Assembly: GCA_011049545.1 (NCBI GenBank) | Contig: DRHQ01000056.1 | Span: forward strand, 2,693-66,692 | From: Candidatus Aminicenantes bacterium | Lineage (GTDB): Bacteria > Acidobacteriota > Aminicenantia > Aminicenantales > Aminicenantaceae | Direction: 5' to 3' | DNA length: 64,000 nt | Shown: positions 1 through 10,277 of the stretch, in pieces | Numbering within the stretch: the stretch's first letter is position 1 | How the letters are laid out: every line of letters starts with the position of its first letter | Translations under genes and position numbers: made by a program | The notes under the pieces: generated by a model | The model's database searches: none | What the model was told of the DNA's origin: nothing | What the model saw: the letters and a program-made list of their open reading frames with translations, nothing else

Positions 1-361
1 TTAAGCCAAATTTATATACTCCTGTTTCATCAAAAGTGTGCTTGGGAGTAAATATTCCATCTCTTATCGGATGATCTGCCCGAGCCACAGATTTTTGGCC
101 TGAACTTTCATTAATAAATTCTAATTCCAAAACACCTTCAGTAATGGGCTTGAAATCAGAAAGATCTGTTAAATGAACCCCAAAACTTATCTCTTCTCCG
201 GGAGTGGGCATCTGGTATTCCATAAATACTTCCAGTTTTTCGCTCCACTCAGTCAAAGCAACAGAGTATTCATCGTCTCTGGCGGCATCTTTTTTTGATG
301 TGCATCCGAATGCAGTCAGGAAAACCAAAACCACAAGGAAACATATGATTTTATCTTTCAT
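1..361 (-). CDS. Lipoprotein, probable N-terminus of a heavy-metal RND efflux periplasmic adaptor (CzcB/CusB-like); runs off the window edge
   Basis: Read manually (absent from ORF track): GGAG RBS, ATG at 361, MKDKIICFLVVLVFLTAFGC (lipobox) ...TEWSEKLEVFMEY...FGVHLTDLSDFKPITEG...GIFTP, open to position 1. Confidence 0.6.
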   Translation of the reverse strand, partial: MKDKIICFLVVLVFLTAFGCTSKKDAARDDEYSVALTEWSEKLEVFMEYQMPTPGEEISFGVHLTDLSDFKPITEGVLELEFINESSGQKSVARADHPIRDGIFTPKHTFDETGVYKFGL

Positions 362-509
362 TACATTTTCTCCACATTTAGTTCTGTACAAACCAATTTT
401 TCGATACTAAATACTGAAATATTACTTTGCAGTGTATGATCAATGAATTCAATTATATTTTCCTTCCTCTTTTCCAATCTGTAATTTATCAAACCTTCTA
501 ATCTGCCAT

Positions 510-538
510 AATTTAGACGTTATAAGATATTATGTCAA
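510..538 (-). promoter_or_regulatory. sigma70-like promoter for the 361 ORF
   Basis: Minus strand TTGACA-17 nt-TAAATT. Confidence 0.5.
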
Positions 539-737
539 GAAACTGAATAAAACCTCTAGTCCCCTCAATCCATTGAGGGCTTTATTAACCGGCTTCACCC
601 ATTCGGGGAGTGTGTACAGCTCCTCCTTTTGGCTCATGGGAAGAAGTTAGATGGTCTAATAAATGGGTTATGAGAAAAGCATGCGGTTAACGTATAAAGG
701 AGCCTCAAAGACCTGGTACACTTTGGATGCTTCTGAC

Positions 738-1610
738 TTAATTAAAACTCCGGTACCAGTCAACCACCTCTTTGCCGATCTCATCGGGGAGGTCTTCTTG
801 AAGGTAATGTTTTCCTTTACCCAGATACACATCCTTCAGGTTCTTGAAATCTTGCTTGATCTGATCGACTTCCTTTTTTTTGGTGATGGCTCCGGGTTTC
901 GCCCAGAGTAACAATTTGGGTATGTCGGATTGTTTCAGTTTCTCGTAATATCGCTGAACGATTTCTGCGTTATCCGCTGGATGGCCGTCGATCGGGATCT
1001 CATTAGGCCAAACCAGCACCGGCTTCCGACTTGATTCCTCAAGAAAAGGCTTTCGATAATGATCCATTTCCTCTTTTGTCAGTTTCCGTACCGTAAAACT
1101 TGGCAGGACTTTTTCTATAAAAAAATTATTTTTAACGATCATCTTGGGCCCTTTTGTGGGATGCCGAAATCTTTTAAAAAGAAATCGTGCCAAAAGAGGG
1201 AATTCTTTCCAGTGCACGGGCCTTGTTACTGCCTCCATGAAGACTATACCTTTGACATTGGTTTCATTATTCATGGCGTAGTTGAAGCCAATGGCTGATC
1301 CCCAGTCATGCATTACAAGAACGATGTTATTAAGATCAAGTAGTCGGATAAACTCATCGATATACCTGATATGAGTGGAAAATCTGTAGTCAATATCGGG
1401 CTTGTCCGATTTTCCCATCCCGACCAGATCGACTGCGATCACTCTTCCCAAAGGCTTGATGTGAGGAATGATATTCCTCCAGAGATAACTCGAAGTCGGG
1501 TTGCCATGCAGAAAGAGGAATGGGGTTCCCTCTCCCTCATCTATGTAATGCATTTTCGAGCCTAGGACCTCCAGAAATTTTGATTCAAACGGAAATTCTG
1601 CTGAAATCAT
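738..1610 (-). CDS. dhaA: Haloalkane dehalogenase (HLD-II subfamily)
   Basis: HGNPTSSYLWRNIIP, nucleophile HDWG, catalytic acid in FMEA, His in HYLQED; AAAGGAG RBS favours start 1610 over 1643. Confidence 0.9.
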   Translation of the reverse strand: MISAEFPFESKFLEVLGSKMHYIDEGEGTPFLFLHGNPTSSYLWRNIIPHIKPLGRVIAVDLVGMGKSDKPDIDYRFSTHIRYIDEFIRLLDLNNIVLVMHDWGSAIGFNYAMNNETNVKGIVFMEAVTRPVHWKEFPLLARFLFKRFRHPTKGPKMIVKNNFFIEKVLPSFTVRKLTKEEMDHYRKPFLEESSRKPVLVWPNEIPIDGHPADNAEIVQRYYEKLKQSDIPKLLLWAKPGAITKKKEVDQIKQDFKNLKDVYLGKGKHYLQEDLPDEIGKEVVDWYRSFN

Positions 1611-1635
1611 TTTTTCTCCTTTACCGGTGATCGGA

Positions 1636-2307
1636 TTAGCCATTGCTTAGAGCGCTAATCAAAAACTCTCTCATCGGTTTTGCAGCTAAATAATAATCCA
1701 TAAAGATATCCACCAAACTGGGGTCCAGGATCAGGTTAACATCCAGTTTGGCGTAATAATAAAAGGCTTTGTTGAATAAAAGAGGTTGTTTCTCTGCCGC
1801 GTCATTAAACTCGGCCGGGATTCGCTTGTTTTTATCGCCATGGATTCTGCCGTATTTGTCCTTAAAAACCCGGTCGGCCAACCGCTTTGAAAATGTGTCC
1901 GGATGTTCGGAAATATATTTTCTGATACTGTACAACCTGTCTTTCTCGAGAGTGTGAGCCCCTCCGTATATCATTATATTCGCTTCGCCCATGGAGAAAA
2001 AGATGCCGGGGAAATCCTTGTCTTTTTTTCCGGTCCGTGAAATGAGTGCTGACATCTGAGTCTTGTATGGAGTCTTGTCCTTGGAAAAGCGAAGGTCCCG
2101 ATTGATCCTGAAAATCGACTCTGCCGGTGTGATTTTAACTTCAGGATCATCAGCCTGTATTTTTTTGATCATCCTTTCCACGAAGGAATGGAAGGGAGTC
2201 TTTACAGAAACTTCATACCTCTTTCTGTTTTGATCGAACCATTTTTTGTTATTGTTTTGAGATAGTTCTTTAAAGAAATCGATAAAATCTGCTGTAAACA
2301 TAGCCAT
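1636..2307 (-). CDS. DUF2461 family protein
   Basis: NNNKKWF..NRKRY and IFRINRDLRFSKDKTPYKT motifs. Confidence 0.85.
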   Translation of the reverse strand: MAMFTADFIDFFKELSQNNNKKWFDQNRKRYEVSVKTPFHSFVERMIKKIQADDPEVKITPAESIFRINRDLRFSKDKTPYKTQMSALISRTGKKDKDFPGIFFSMGEANIMIYGGAHTLEKDRLYSIRKYISEHPDTFSKRLADRVFKDKYGRIHGDKNKRIPAEFNDAAEKQPLLFNKAFYYYAKLDVNLILDPSLVDIFMDYYLAAKPMREFLISALSNG

Positions 2308-2336
2308 ATTTAACTCCCTTAGATTATGAGAATCTT

Positions 2337-3023
2337 CTATGTAACTGGCTCTCCCTCTTGGGCAGATGCCTCATTTGACAGACTGACTGCGTAATAAAGT
2401 GAAGCGAAAGCCATGCTTATCCACATAATTGATAGGATGATTCCTATACCGAAGCAAATCAAACCGGCAATACAAATGGGAACGGCCAGTAAGCCGATAA
2501 GGAACACCTTCCCAGCATGCCCATTGGTCATGTTCCAGCTAGTCTTGACCGCCTCGATTACTTCCATCTTCCGATCCACCACGAGGTAAGGAGTAAAAGC
2601 CAGCTTACAGGCAAATATGATTCCGGGCACTATTAACAGAATAAACCCAATAATAACAATAACAGTTACCAGCAGGGCGGCCAAAACAGCATTCCAATAG
2701 CTTTGAAATGCTTCGAACATATTCTTTATCTCCAGCCTGTCCCCCCTGGCTGCCTTGAGATAGGAAAATGAAACGCCGTAGTTTACTGGCCAAACGAGCA
2801 GAATAGTGTAGACTGCTCCGAAAAGGCCTAGAAAAGGAACCTCTGCGCCTTTACTCCAACCACTCATCCCACTGGGGATGCCAATGACGAAGCCAATGAT
2901 ACCTATTAAGAACAGCTCCAGGAAATACTTCCAGAGTTGTCGCCACCCATTCCCATAAGACGAACCAACCCCAGGTACTAAAATACTCAATCTTTGTTCG
3001 CTCTGCTTTCTACCTTCAGCCAT
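2337..3023 (-). CDS. Integral membrane protein (DUF975-like)
   Basis: Several TM helices; GFILLIVPGII..C.LAFTPY and EAVKTSWNMTNGH pattern; AAAGGAGG RBS. Confidence 0.7.
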   Translation of the reverse strand: MAEGRKQSEQRLSILVPGVGSSYGNGWRQLWKYFLELFLIGIIGFVIGIPSGMSGWSKGAEVPFLGLFGAVYTILLVWPVNYGVSFSYLKAARGDRLEIKNMFEAFQSYWNAVLAALLVTVIVIIGFILLIVPGIIFACKLAFTPYLVVDRKMEVIEAVKTSWNMTNGHAGKVFLIGLLAVPICIAGLICFGIGIILSIMWISMAFASLYYAVSLSNEASAQEGEPVT

Positions 3024-3062
3024 ATAAGCCTCCTTTCATCCGCATTCAGATAGTTGAATTTG

Positions 3063-3091
3063 AGTTTATTTTTATCTGGTTAAATTGTCAA
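3063..3091 (-). promoter_or_regulatory. sigma70-like promoter
   Basis: Minus strand TTGACA-17 nt-TAAACT upstream of 3023. Confidence 0.5.
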
Positions 3092-3200
3092 TACTGGCGA
3101 CCTCCGCCCCTTCGAATCCAATCTCCGCTACGAAGACAAAGAAAGGAACAATTTTATTTGGTCTTTTTCATACTGAGGTGATAAATACTCAAATTTTTTT

Positions 3201-3325
3201 ATAGGAATTTGCTTTTTTGGGTTGCAACAATTCTCTCAATTTTTGTTCGGATTTCACTTACTGACACCTTTAAGATTTATATATAGAGATGAATGTCAAA
3301 TATAGGAAAAAGCAAGAATAGAGGC
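3201..3325 (-). mobile_element. Non-coding terminal remnant of an IS91-like element (copy A)
   Basis: Minus strand GGTGTCAGTAAGTGAAAT...TGAGAGAATTG...AAAAAAGCAAATTCCTAT aligns by eye with the non-coding tail of the transposase remnant at 35054-35353 and with 28977-29110. Confidence 0.55.
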
Positions 3326-3411
3326 GATAAAAGGTAAAGATATTCTTAAAGAGGGAAAACCTGATTATTATTGATCTATTAGATAATCATAAAATTTGCT
3401 TCATTCAACGA

Positions 3412-3433
3412 ATTTGGTCACGGATTTGGTCAC
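3412..3433. repeat. Direct repeat ATTTGGTCAC x2, putative integrase arm-type sites
   Basis: Perfect 10-mer repeat with 12-bp period, 40 bp from a tRNA-Val 3' fragment. Confidence 0.55.
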
Positions 3434-3472
3434 TAAAAACGAAAGAGAGGCAGGTAAGCGATTGGAAAAAAG

Positions 3473-3500
3473 TGGTGGGCACAGGCTTTGAACCTGCGGC
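3473..3500 (-). repeat. Degenerate tRNA-Val 3'-end copy (att-like scar)
   Basis: TGGTGGGC--ACAGGCTTTGAACCTGCGGC vs TGGTGGGCGATGCAGGATTTGAACCTGCGAC at 51529. Confidence 0.65.
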
Positions 3501-3627
3501 CATTACGGTAAAACAAAATGCGAGCTTAACCTTACACTGGATTTTTGACCTTAAAAGCTTTAAATTTAGAAGTAAGGAATGAAAATTTTTTGAAATATAA
3601 AAACCAATTTCAAGAAGGAGTAATCTT

Positions 3628-4992
3628 ATGCTATCAAAATTAAGAAAATGTTTTTTGGCTATCCTTATTATGTTGGCTTTGGTCTCATCGGCCTTGGCTC
3701 CAAATGAAAAAAAAGGTGCAAACTGGCCGAGTTTCCGCGGGCAATATGCACGAGGGATAGGAGGAAATTTTTCAACTCCCGTATCCTGGAATATCGATAA
3801 TTCAAAAAATATCAAATGGATGACACCAATTCCCGGCTTAGGTCATTCAAGTCCGATTATATGGGGCAACCGGATATTCGTAACGACTGCCATCAGCGGG
3901 AAAGAAGATCCGGAATTGAAAGTAGGACTTTATGGCAGTATAAAGCCAGTAGATGATGAGACAGCCCACCAGTGGAAAGTGTATTGCCTCGACAAAAATT
4001 CAGGAAAAATATTGTGGGAAAAATTGGCACACAAGGGCATACCAAAAGTAAAGCGGCATCCCAAATCAACTCACGCCAATTCTACACCCGCAACTGATGG
4101 GAAGTATGTTGTTGCCTTTTTCGGGTCTGAAGGGCTTTATTGCTATGACATGAAAGGCAAATTGATCTGGAAAACAGATTTTGGCATTCTAGATTCGGGT
4201 TTTTTCGTCGATCCTTCAGCTCAATGGGGATTTGCCAGTTCTCCAGTCATCCATGATGGCGTTGTTGTTGTGCAGTGTGATGTTCTAAGCTTTGCATTTC
4301 TTGCCGCTCTTGATATCAAGACAGGAAAAGAAATTTGGCGGAGCCCCCGGGAAGATGTGCCTACCTGGAGTACGCCGACCATTCATGTTGGCAGCCAGAG
4401 AACACAGATTATTGTCAATGGATTTAAACATGTTGGTGGGTATGATTTTAAGACAGGAAAAGAATTGTGGAAAATAAAAGAGGGTGGCGATATTCCTGTT
4501 CCGACACCGGTAGTCGCCCATGATATGGTTTTTATAAATAGCGCTCATGGGAAGCTGTCACCCATATATGCCATAAAACTGAGTGCAAAAGGTGATATAT
4601 CCTTGCAGGCAGGAAATACATCGAACGAGTATATCGCCTGGAGCGTTAGACGCGGCGGAGCCTATCTGCAAACTCCGCTTGTTTATGGTGAATATCTCTA
4701 CAATTTAAGAGGGAACGGTTCATTAACTTGCTACCGTGCCAAGACAGGCGAGCTCGTATACCAAGAAAAACTCGGGGATATGGCCAGTTTCTCCGCGTCC
4801 GGCATTGCCGCTGATGGGAAATTATACTTTTCTGGAGAAAACGGAGATATTTTTGTTGTCAAAGCAGGGCCCGATTTTGAAGTTTTAAGTACAAATTCAA
4901 TGCAAGATATCTGTATGGCAACACCAGCTGTTTCGGAAGGTGTTTTATTTTTTAGAACGCATCATTTTCTAGCAGCTGTTTCGGATCAATGA
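3628..4992 (+). CDS. Secreted PQQ-binding-like beta-propeller protein
   Basis: Signal peptide; [24 protein letters not shown], repeated TG-K-E-x-W blade motifs. Confidence 0.85.
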   Translation: MLSKLRKCFLAILIMLALVSSALAPNEKKGANWPSFRGQYARGIGGNFSTPVSWNIDNSKNIKWMTPIPGLGHSSPIIWGNRIFVTTAISGKEDPELKVGLYGSIKPVDDETAHQWKVYCLDKNSGKILWEKLAHKGIPKVKRHPKSTHANSTPATDGKYVVAFFGSEGLYCYDMKGKLIWKTDFGILDSGFFVDPSAQWGFASSPVIHDGVVVVQCDVLSFAFLAALDIKTGKEIWRSPREDVPTWSTPTIHVGSQRTQIIVNGFKHVGGYDFKTGKELWKIKEGGDIPVPTPVVAHDMVFINSAHGKLSPIYAIKLSAKGDISLQAGNTSNEYIAWSVRRGGAYLQTPLVYGEYLYNLRGNGSLTCYRAKTGELVYQEKLGDMASFSASGIAADGKLYFSGENGDIFVVKAGPDFEVLSTNSMQDICMATPAVSEGVLFFRTHHFLAAVSDQ

Positions 4993-5019
4993 ATTTTAAG
5001 CTGAGGAAAGGTTTTAGAC

Positions 5020-6471
5020 ATGAATAAGAAGAGTAAGATTCCATTGAAAATTAAATGGCGGGTTCCTCTTTACATGAAATTTTGCATTCTATCTTTGTGC
5101 CTCATTGTTCTGGCTTTCGCCAATAAAAATGAACTTAAGGATAGTGGAAAGGATTATGCTTCGGTTCAAAAAACGTCCAAGATCATTCAAGGCAGCGGTA
5201 ACTGGCCTTCGTTTCGTGGAGAACATGCTAGGGGTGCCGTTGATTTGCAAGATCTTCCTGATACATGGGATGGAGAGAGCGGCAAAAACATTAAATGGAA
5301 GACACTTATTCCAGGGCTTGCGCATTCCAGTCCAAGCATCTGGGGTGAGAAACTTTTTGTCACTACGGCCATCACCAGCCGAAAAAACGCATCATTTCGT
5401 CATGGGCTGTATGGCGCCGGGGATGCCTCCGAAGATCGCTCTCATCATCGTTGGTGTCTCTATTGCCTAGATAAAAAAACGGGTGAATTTATCTGGCAGC
5501 GCACCGTTGTTGAAGGGATACCAAAAGACAAACGTCACATTAAATCCACATATGCGAATTCCACCCCGGCGACCGATGGTCGTTACATCGCTGTTTTTTT
5601 TGGTTCTCATGGATTGTATGTCTATGATATGAGCGGGACTTTAGTCTGGAAAAAGGATCTTGGAAAAATTGATTGCGGGGCATATGATAAACCTTCGTTT
5701 GAGTGGGGCCCTGCAAGCTCACCGATCATCTACAAAGACATGGCAATTGTCCAATGTGATACGCAAAAAGAATCATTTTTAATCGCTTGTGATATCAAAA
5801 CTGGTAGAACCCTTTGGAAAACGATGAGAGATGAACTTCCTTCCTGGGGAACACCGACAATAGTTTTAGGTGAGGAAAGAGATGAGCTGGTGACGAATTC
5901 ATCAAATTTTATTTATGGCTATGATCCGGAAACTGGAAAAGAACTTTGGCGGCTTGGAGGAAGCTCTAAAATCACGGCTCCGACACCAATATTTTTTGAA
6001 AACCTGATCGTTGTCTGCAGCGGACGACGTCCTGAGGCACCGATTTTTGTAATAAAGACAGGTGCGAGTGGCAATATTTCCCTTAAAGATAATCAAACGA
6101 GCAATGAGTTTATTGCCTGGACCGGGACTCGCCGCGGACCTTATATGCCCACGCCTATCATCTATCGAGGATACCTCTATGCCCTCCGAAACAATGGTTG
6201 GCTTGACTGTTATGATCTACGGACTGGGGAAGAAATCTACCGGAAGAGTATCCCGCATGCAGGAGGAGGCTTTAGCGCTTCTCCTGTAGCGGCTGATGGC
6301 CTATTATATCTTTCTGGTGAAGATGGAGATATCTTTGTTGTGAACTCTGGATCAGAATTCAAACTTATGGCAACAAACAAGATGGGGGAATTGCTCATGG
6401 CTACACCGGCCATTTCAAAGGGGATGATATATGTTCGAGCCGAACATCACTTATTTGCCATTGGGCGATAG
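5020..6471 (+). CDS. PQQ-binding-like beta-propeller protein (paralogue of 3628)
   Basis: [30 protein letters not shown]; N-terminal hydrophobic segment. Confidence 0.85.
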   Translation: MNKKSKIPLKIKWRVPLYMKFCILSLCLIVLAFANKNELKDSGKDYASVQKTSKIIQGSGNWPSFRGEHARGAVDLQDLPDTWDGESGKNIKWKTLIPGLAHSSPSIWGEKLFVTTAITSRKNASFRHGLYGAGDASEDRSHHRWCLYCLDKKTGEFIWQRTVVEGIPKDKRHIKSTYANSTPATDGRYIAVFFGSHGLYVYDMSGTLVWKKDLGKIDCGAYDKPSFEWGPASSPIIYKDMAIVQCDTQKESFLIACDIKTGRTLWKTMRDELPSWGTPTIVLGEERDELVTNSSNFIYGYDPETGKELWRLGGSSKITAPTPIFFENLIVVCSGRRPEAPIFVIKTGASGNISLKDNQTSNEFIAWTGTRRGPYMPTPIIYRGYLYALRNNGWLDCYDLRTGEEIYRKSIPHAGGGFSASPVAADGLLYLSGEDGDIFVVNSGSEFKLMATNKMGELLMATPAISKGMIYVRAEHHLFAIGR

Positions 6472-6631
6472 ATGTAGTGTGGGAAAACTTAATTCTAGTC
6501 CTAAGGTTATGTGTCAGGCAGGAAAAAAATAATTACTCGGTGAAACAGGATCTCTAATGAATAAAAATGCGGAATCAGTACTATAAAATGTCAGAATCTT
6601 TACAGGTTCGATTTCGCTCCGGTACAAAAAC

Positions 6632-6660
6632 TTGACGGAGAATAATCCCTCTAGTATATT
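6632..6660 (+). promoter_or_regulatory. sigma70-like promoter for the 6885-26506 gene run
   Basis: TTGACG-17 nt-TATATT in an AT-rich intergenic region. Confidence 0.6.
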
Positions 6661-6884
6661 ATTAATTCTGTAGGATTAGTATGAAATTATTTTTTTTATG
6701 CGAATTTCTATTGATAATAAGGCTGAATGGTTCGTAGATTAAAAAAATAAGATAATATATCAATCGGACAGAATGATCGAGAATAGGAGAAGCAGTAAAA
6801 TTTTTTGAGGTGAGATATGAGGAAAATGGTCGCCTTTACCTGCGGCACGGCGACGCTTTAATGGTCTATCATATTGCTAAATAA

Positions 6885-8318
6885 ATGAATGAAAAAGTAG
6901 TCAACCTCGTCACCGCTTCCGGGGCAACCTTCATAGGACTGGTTTTTCTTACCTGGTGGCTCCTCTATAATCCGGTCAGGGATTTCGTGGAAAGCGTTCC
7001 GGGCATGGACAACCGACCTCCGGGATTCAAAAGCCGGAGCGAAGCAGTGGATATTGGTGCCTATTTCGCCAGTTTTGACGGGATTCCTTCCGGGATTCAG
7101 GGAAGCTGGCCGAGGTTCAGGGGAGCCGATTTCGACAATATCAGCAAGGAAAAAATCAGACTTACCAGCAGTTGGGGCGATGCAGGACCGGACATTCTCT
7201 GGTCCATCGACCTGGGGGAAGGCCATGCCGCTCCAGTTGTTTCCAATGGAAGGGTTTATATCCTGGATTATGACGAAGATGAGAGGGCGGATGTTTTACG
7301 ATGTTTTTCTTTCGACGATGGAACGGAGATTTGGAGACGGGGCTACGAACTGCGTGTGAAAAGGAATCACGGGATGTCACGGACTGTTCCTGCTGTGACA
7401 GATAAATATGTTGTGACTATCGGACCGAAATGCCACGTCATGTGTGTGGATGCCGTTTCCGGTGATTTCAGGTGGGGAATCGATCTTGAAAGGGAATACG
7501 GAGCTGAGGTGCCTTTGTGGTACACCGGTCAATGCCCTCTTATAGACGATTCTTTGGCGGTTATTGCGGTTGGAGGAAGGTCGTTGATCATTGCCGTCGA
7601 TTGCGAGACCGGCGAGGTTGTCTGGGAAGTGCCTAATCCCAATGACTGGAAAATGTCACATTCGTCTATCATGCCGTTCTTTATCCAGGGGAAGAAGATG
7701 TATGTTTACTGTGCGCTAGGGGGAATTATAGGGATTTCAGCTGAGAAAGAGACAGCTGGCGAGATATTATTTGAAACCAATTTGTGGGATCGAACTGTCA
7801 TTGCTCCTTCTCCAATCCATATAGGTGATGGAAGAATCTTCGTTACGGCTGGATATGGCGCCGGAAGCATGATGTTGAAACTAAACTTTGAAGATGGTTC
7901 TTTTTCGGCAGAATCTCTTCAAGAATTAAAGCCCGGAGAGGGGATAGCATCGGAGCAGCAGACTCCGGTTTTTTATAAAGGTCATCTATTCTCTCTTTTA
8001 CCTAAAGACGCTGGACCTCTTCGCAATCAATTTGTCTGCTACCATCCGGATGACTGTAGCCAGATTCTCTGGTCCAGCGGGAAGACGAATCGCTTTGGTT
8101 TAGGACCATATATCGTTGCTGACGATAAATTCTTTATTCTAAGCGACGATGGAATTTTAACAATACTGAAGGTAAGTACCAGAGAATATGTTCAACTTGC
8201 CCGGGCAAAGGTTCTGGATGGAGTCGACGCCTGGGGGCCACTCGCTTTAGTAAGCGGCAGGCTGCTTGCCCGGGATTCGCGCCGGTTGGTCTGCATCGAC
8301 TTAAGGGCCGGTTTTTAG
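6885..8318 (+). CDS. Membrane-anchored PQQ-like beta-propeller protein
   Basis: N-terminal TM helix; WPRFRG, GEGHAAPVV, SRTVPAV, blade W motifs. Confidence 0.8.
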   Translation: MNEKVVNLVTASGATFIGLVFLTWWLLYNPVRDFVESVPGMDNRPPGFKSRSEAVDIGAYFASFDGIPSGIQGSWPRFRGADFDNISKEKIRLTSSWGDAGPDILWSIDLGEGHAAPVVSNGRVYILDYDEDERADVLRCFSFDDGTEIWRRGYELRVKRNHGMSRTVPAVTDKYVVTIGPKCHVMCVDAVSGDFRWGIDLEREYGAEVPLWYTGQCPLIDDSLAVIAVGGRSLIIAVDCETGEVVWEVPNPNDWKMSHSSIMPFFIQGKKMYVYCALGGIIGISAEKETAGEILFETNLWDRTVIAPSPIHIGDGRIFVTAGYGAGSMMLKLNFEDGSFSAESLQELKPGEGIASEQQTPVFYKGHLFSLLPKDAGPLRNQFVCYHPDDCSQILWSSGKTNRFGLGPYIVADDKFFILSDDGILTILKVSTREYVQLARAKVLDGVDAWGPLALVSGRLLARDSRRLVCIDLRAGF

Positions 8319-8333
8319 TCTGGAGGCTATGAT

Positions 8334-9323
8334 ATGCTTTCTTTTAAACAGAAAAAAAAGCGCTTGTTAACCATCGCAGTCATCGCTGTCTCGGTGGCCG
8401 GGATTCTCTACTTTGGCTATAAGGCCATCCGCGATAATTCAGCACGGAGTCAAGGGAATCCTTTCGAATACGATATTGAGGACTTTAAAAAAAGTGGTGC
8501 TGCTCTGGTTCACTACACAGAGGTCGGTCAAATACACATTGAGTTGAGGTTTGTCTCCGGAGTTTCGGTCGGCCCGGATGACAGAATTTACGTGTCTGGG
8601 GATGATTCCCTGCTCATTTTCAATGGAGACGGAATCCTTCATTCCACAATATCCATGGTTGGACCAGCATACTGTCTTTTTGTGGATAAGAACCACGATT
8701 TGTATCTGGGAATGGATGATCATGTTGAAGTTTATGATCGGAGGGGAGCCAAGAAATCCAGCTGGGAGTCATTGGGAGAGGAGGCCATAATCACTTCGAT
8801 CGCTGTTTCAGAAAATAACGTCTTTGTGGCAGATGCGGGGAATCACATTGTCTGGAAATTAGATAAATCCGGAAACCGGCTGAAAAGAATCGGTGAGAAA
8901 GACGAAGCCAGGGATATCCCCGGATTCATAATCCCCAGCCCCTTTTTCGATGTGGCTCTGGACCCGGATGGGTTTCTTTGGGTCGCCAACACCGGGCGCC
9001 ATTCGCTTGAAAATTATACAAAGGATGGAGACTTCAGAACGTCCTGGGGCGAGTTTTCCATGGAGATCGAAGGGTTTAGTGGATGCTGTAACCCGTCACA
9101 CTTTGCCATTCTAGAGGACGGCTCCTTCGTGACCAGTGAAAAGGGCCTGGCCAGAGTTAAAGTCTACAACCGGATTGGGGAGCTTGTTTCTGTTGTCGCC
9201 CTGCCGGATCAATTCATCGAAGGTACGGTCGGCCTGGATCTGGCCGTGGATTCGTCACAGAGGATCTATGTCCTGGATCCGAGGCAAAAATTAGTACGGA
9301 TATTCGAGAAAAAACAACTTTGA
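8334..9323 (+). CDS. NHL-repeat beta-propeller protein with vicinal-Cys motif (FSGCCNP)
   Basis: N-terminal TM anchor; NHL-like repeats VFVADAGNH, LWVANTGRH, IYVLDP. Confidence 0.75.
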   Translation: MLSFKQKKKRLLTIAVIAVSVAGILYFGYKAIRDNSARSQGNPFEYDIEDFKKSGAALVHYTEVGQIHIELRFVSGVSVGPDDRIYVSGDDSLLIFNGDGILHSTISMVGPAYCLFVDKNHDLYLGMDDHVEVYDRRGAKKSSWESLGEEAIITSIAVSENNVFVADAGNHIVWKLDKSGNRLKRIGEKDEARDIPGFIIPSPFFDVALDPDGFLWVANTGRHSLENYTKDGDFRTSWGEFSMEIEGFSGCCNPSHFAILEDGSFVTSEKGLARVKVYNRIGELVSVVALPDQFIEGTVGLDLAVDSSQRIYVLDPRQKLVRIFEKKQL

Positions 9324-9337
9324 GCCGGGAGAACACC

Positions 9338-9607
9338 ATGATGAAAGATTTTCAGAAGACAAAAAACAGACGTGAGTTTTTAAGGGATGGATTGCGGGCT
9401 GTCTTGTTCGGCGGTCTCGCCTTTACTGGCTTGTTCCTGGGATGGAAAGGACATTCTCTCTCGGGAATAGAACCATCCTGTCTGGTTCGTTTGCCCTGTC
9501 AGGGTTGTTCGAAACTTCCTGACTGCCAAGTGCCCAGAGCCATTGATACAAGGCAGAAGCCACATGATCCCCGAATTCAGTCTTTAAAAACGAAGAGAAA
9601 AGACTGA
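9338..9607 (+). CDS. Small Tat-motif, Cys-rich protein
   Basis: NRREFL twin-arginine motif, hydrophobic helix, C-x4-C-x2-C-x5-C; ATG 9338 follows GGGAG. Confidence 0.65.
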   Translation: MMKDFQKTKNRREFLRDGLRAVLFGGLAFTGLFLGWKGHSLSGIEPSCLVRLPCQGCSKLPDCQVPRAIDTRQKPHDPRIQSLKTKRKD

Positions 9608-9608
9608 G

Positions 9609-10196
9609 ATGATAGATAAAACATCAAAAAAACCGCTAAAGCGACGGGATTTCATCCGGAAAAGTCTCCATGCTGTGGCAGGTCTCACAATCGGAGGATT
9701 GGCTGGAATATTGTTCAGCAAGTCTTCTTCCGAAGAGATGGTCTGGCAGCTTGATCCCAATATCTGTATTCAGTGTGAAAAATGTTCGGTTAATTGTGTT
9801 TTACCTCACTCCGCTGTGAAATGTGTCCATTCCTATTCGGTGTGCGGTTATTGTGACCTTTGCAGCGGGTATCTCCAGCCTGGTACCAAAGTGAGAGATA
9901 CAGGGGCGGAAAGCCAGCTCTGTCCATCCGGTGCGCTTAAGCGGACGTACGTTGAAGATCCCTATTTTGAATACACGATCGATGAGAAATTGTGCGTCGG
10001 ATGCGGCAAATGTGTGAAGGGTTGTAATTCTTTCGGAAACGGTTCTTTATATTTACAGACACGACATGATCGCTGTCTGAACTGCAATCAATGCTCCATT
10101 GCCAGAAGGTGCCCTTCCCAGGCCTGGAATCGCGTGCCTGCCAGCCGGTCCTATATTCTCAAGGGTGATGAGAAGAAAAAGTTTTTGAAAAGCTAA
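9609..10196 (+). CDS. Tat-motif polyferredoxin (NapG/MauM-like role)
   Basis: KRRDFI motif plus hydrophobic helix; CIQCEKC, CGYCDLC, CVGCGKC, CLNCNQC..CP. Confidence 0.8.
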   Translation: MIDKTSKKPLKRRDFIRKSLHAVAGLTIGGLAGILFSKSSSEEMVWQLDPNICIQCEKCSVNCVLPHSAVKCVHSYSVCGYCDLCSGYLQPGTKVRDTGAESQLCPSGALKRTYVEDPYFEYTIDEKLCVGCGKCVKGCNSFGNGSLYLQTRHDRCLNCNQCSIARRCPSQAWNRVPASRSYILKGDEKKKFLKS

Positions 10197-10277
10197 AAAT
10201 TTTAGAGAGGCAATCCATGATAGAGTCTGAAAAAAGAGCCCCAAAGAAAAGGATATTCTGACTGAAAGGTCATTTGA

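Noticed and set aside
513-540. dif-like Xer site (ATAA-GATA-TTATGTCAAGA)
   Set aside because: Only a 4-bp spacer instead of 6 and a poor XerC arm; better explained as a minus-strand promoter
562-579. Hairpin CCCTCAAT-CC-ATTGAGGG as terminator
   Set aside because: Two-nt loop and no clear U-tract on the strand of the upstream gene; function unsupported
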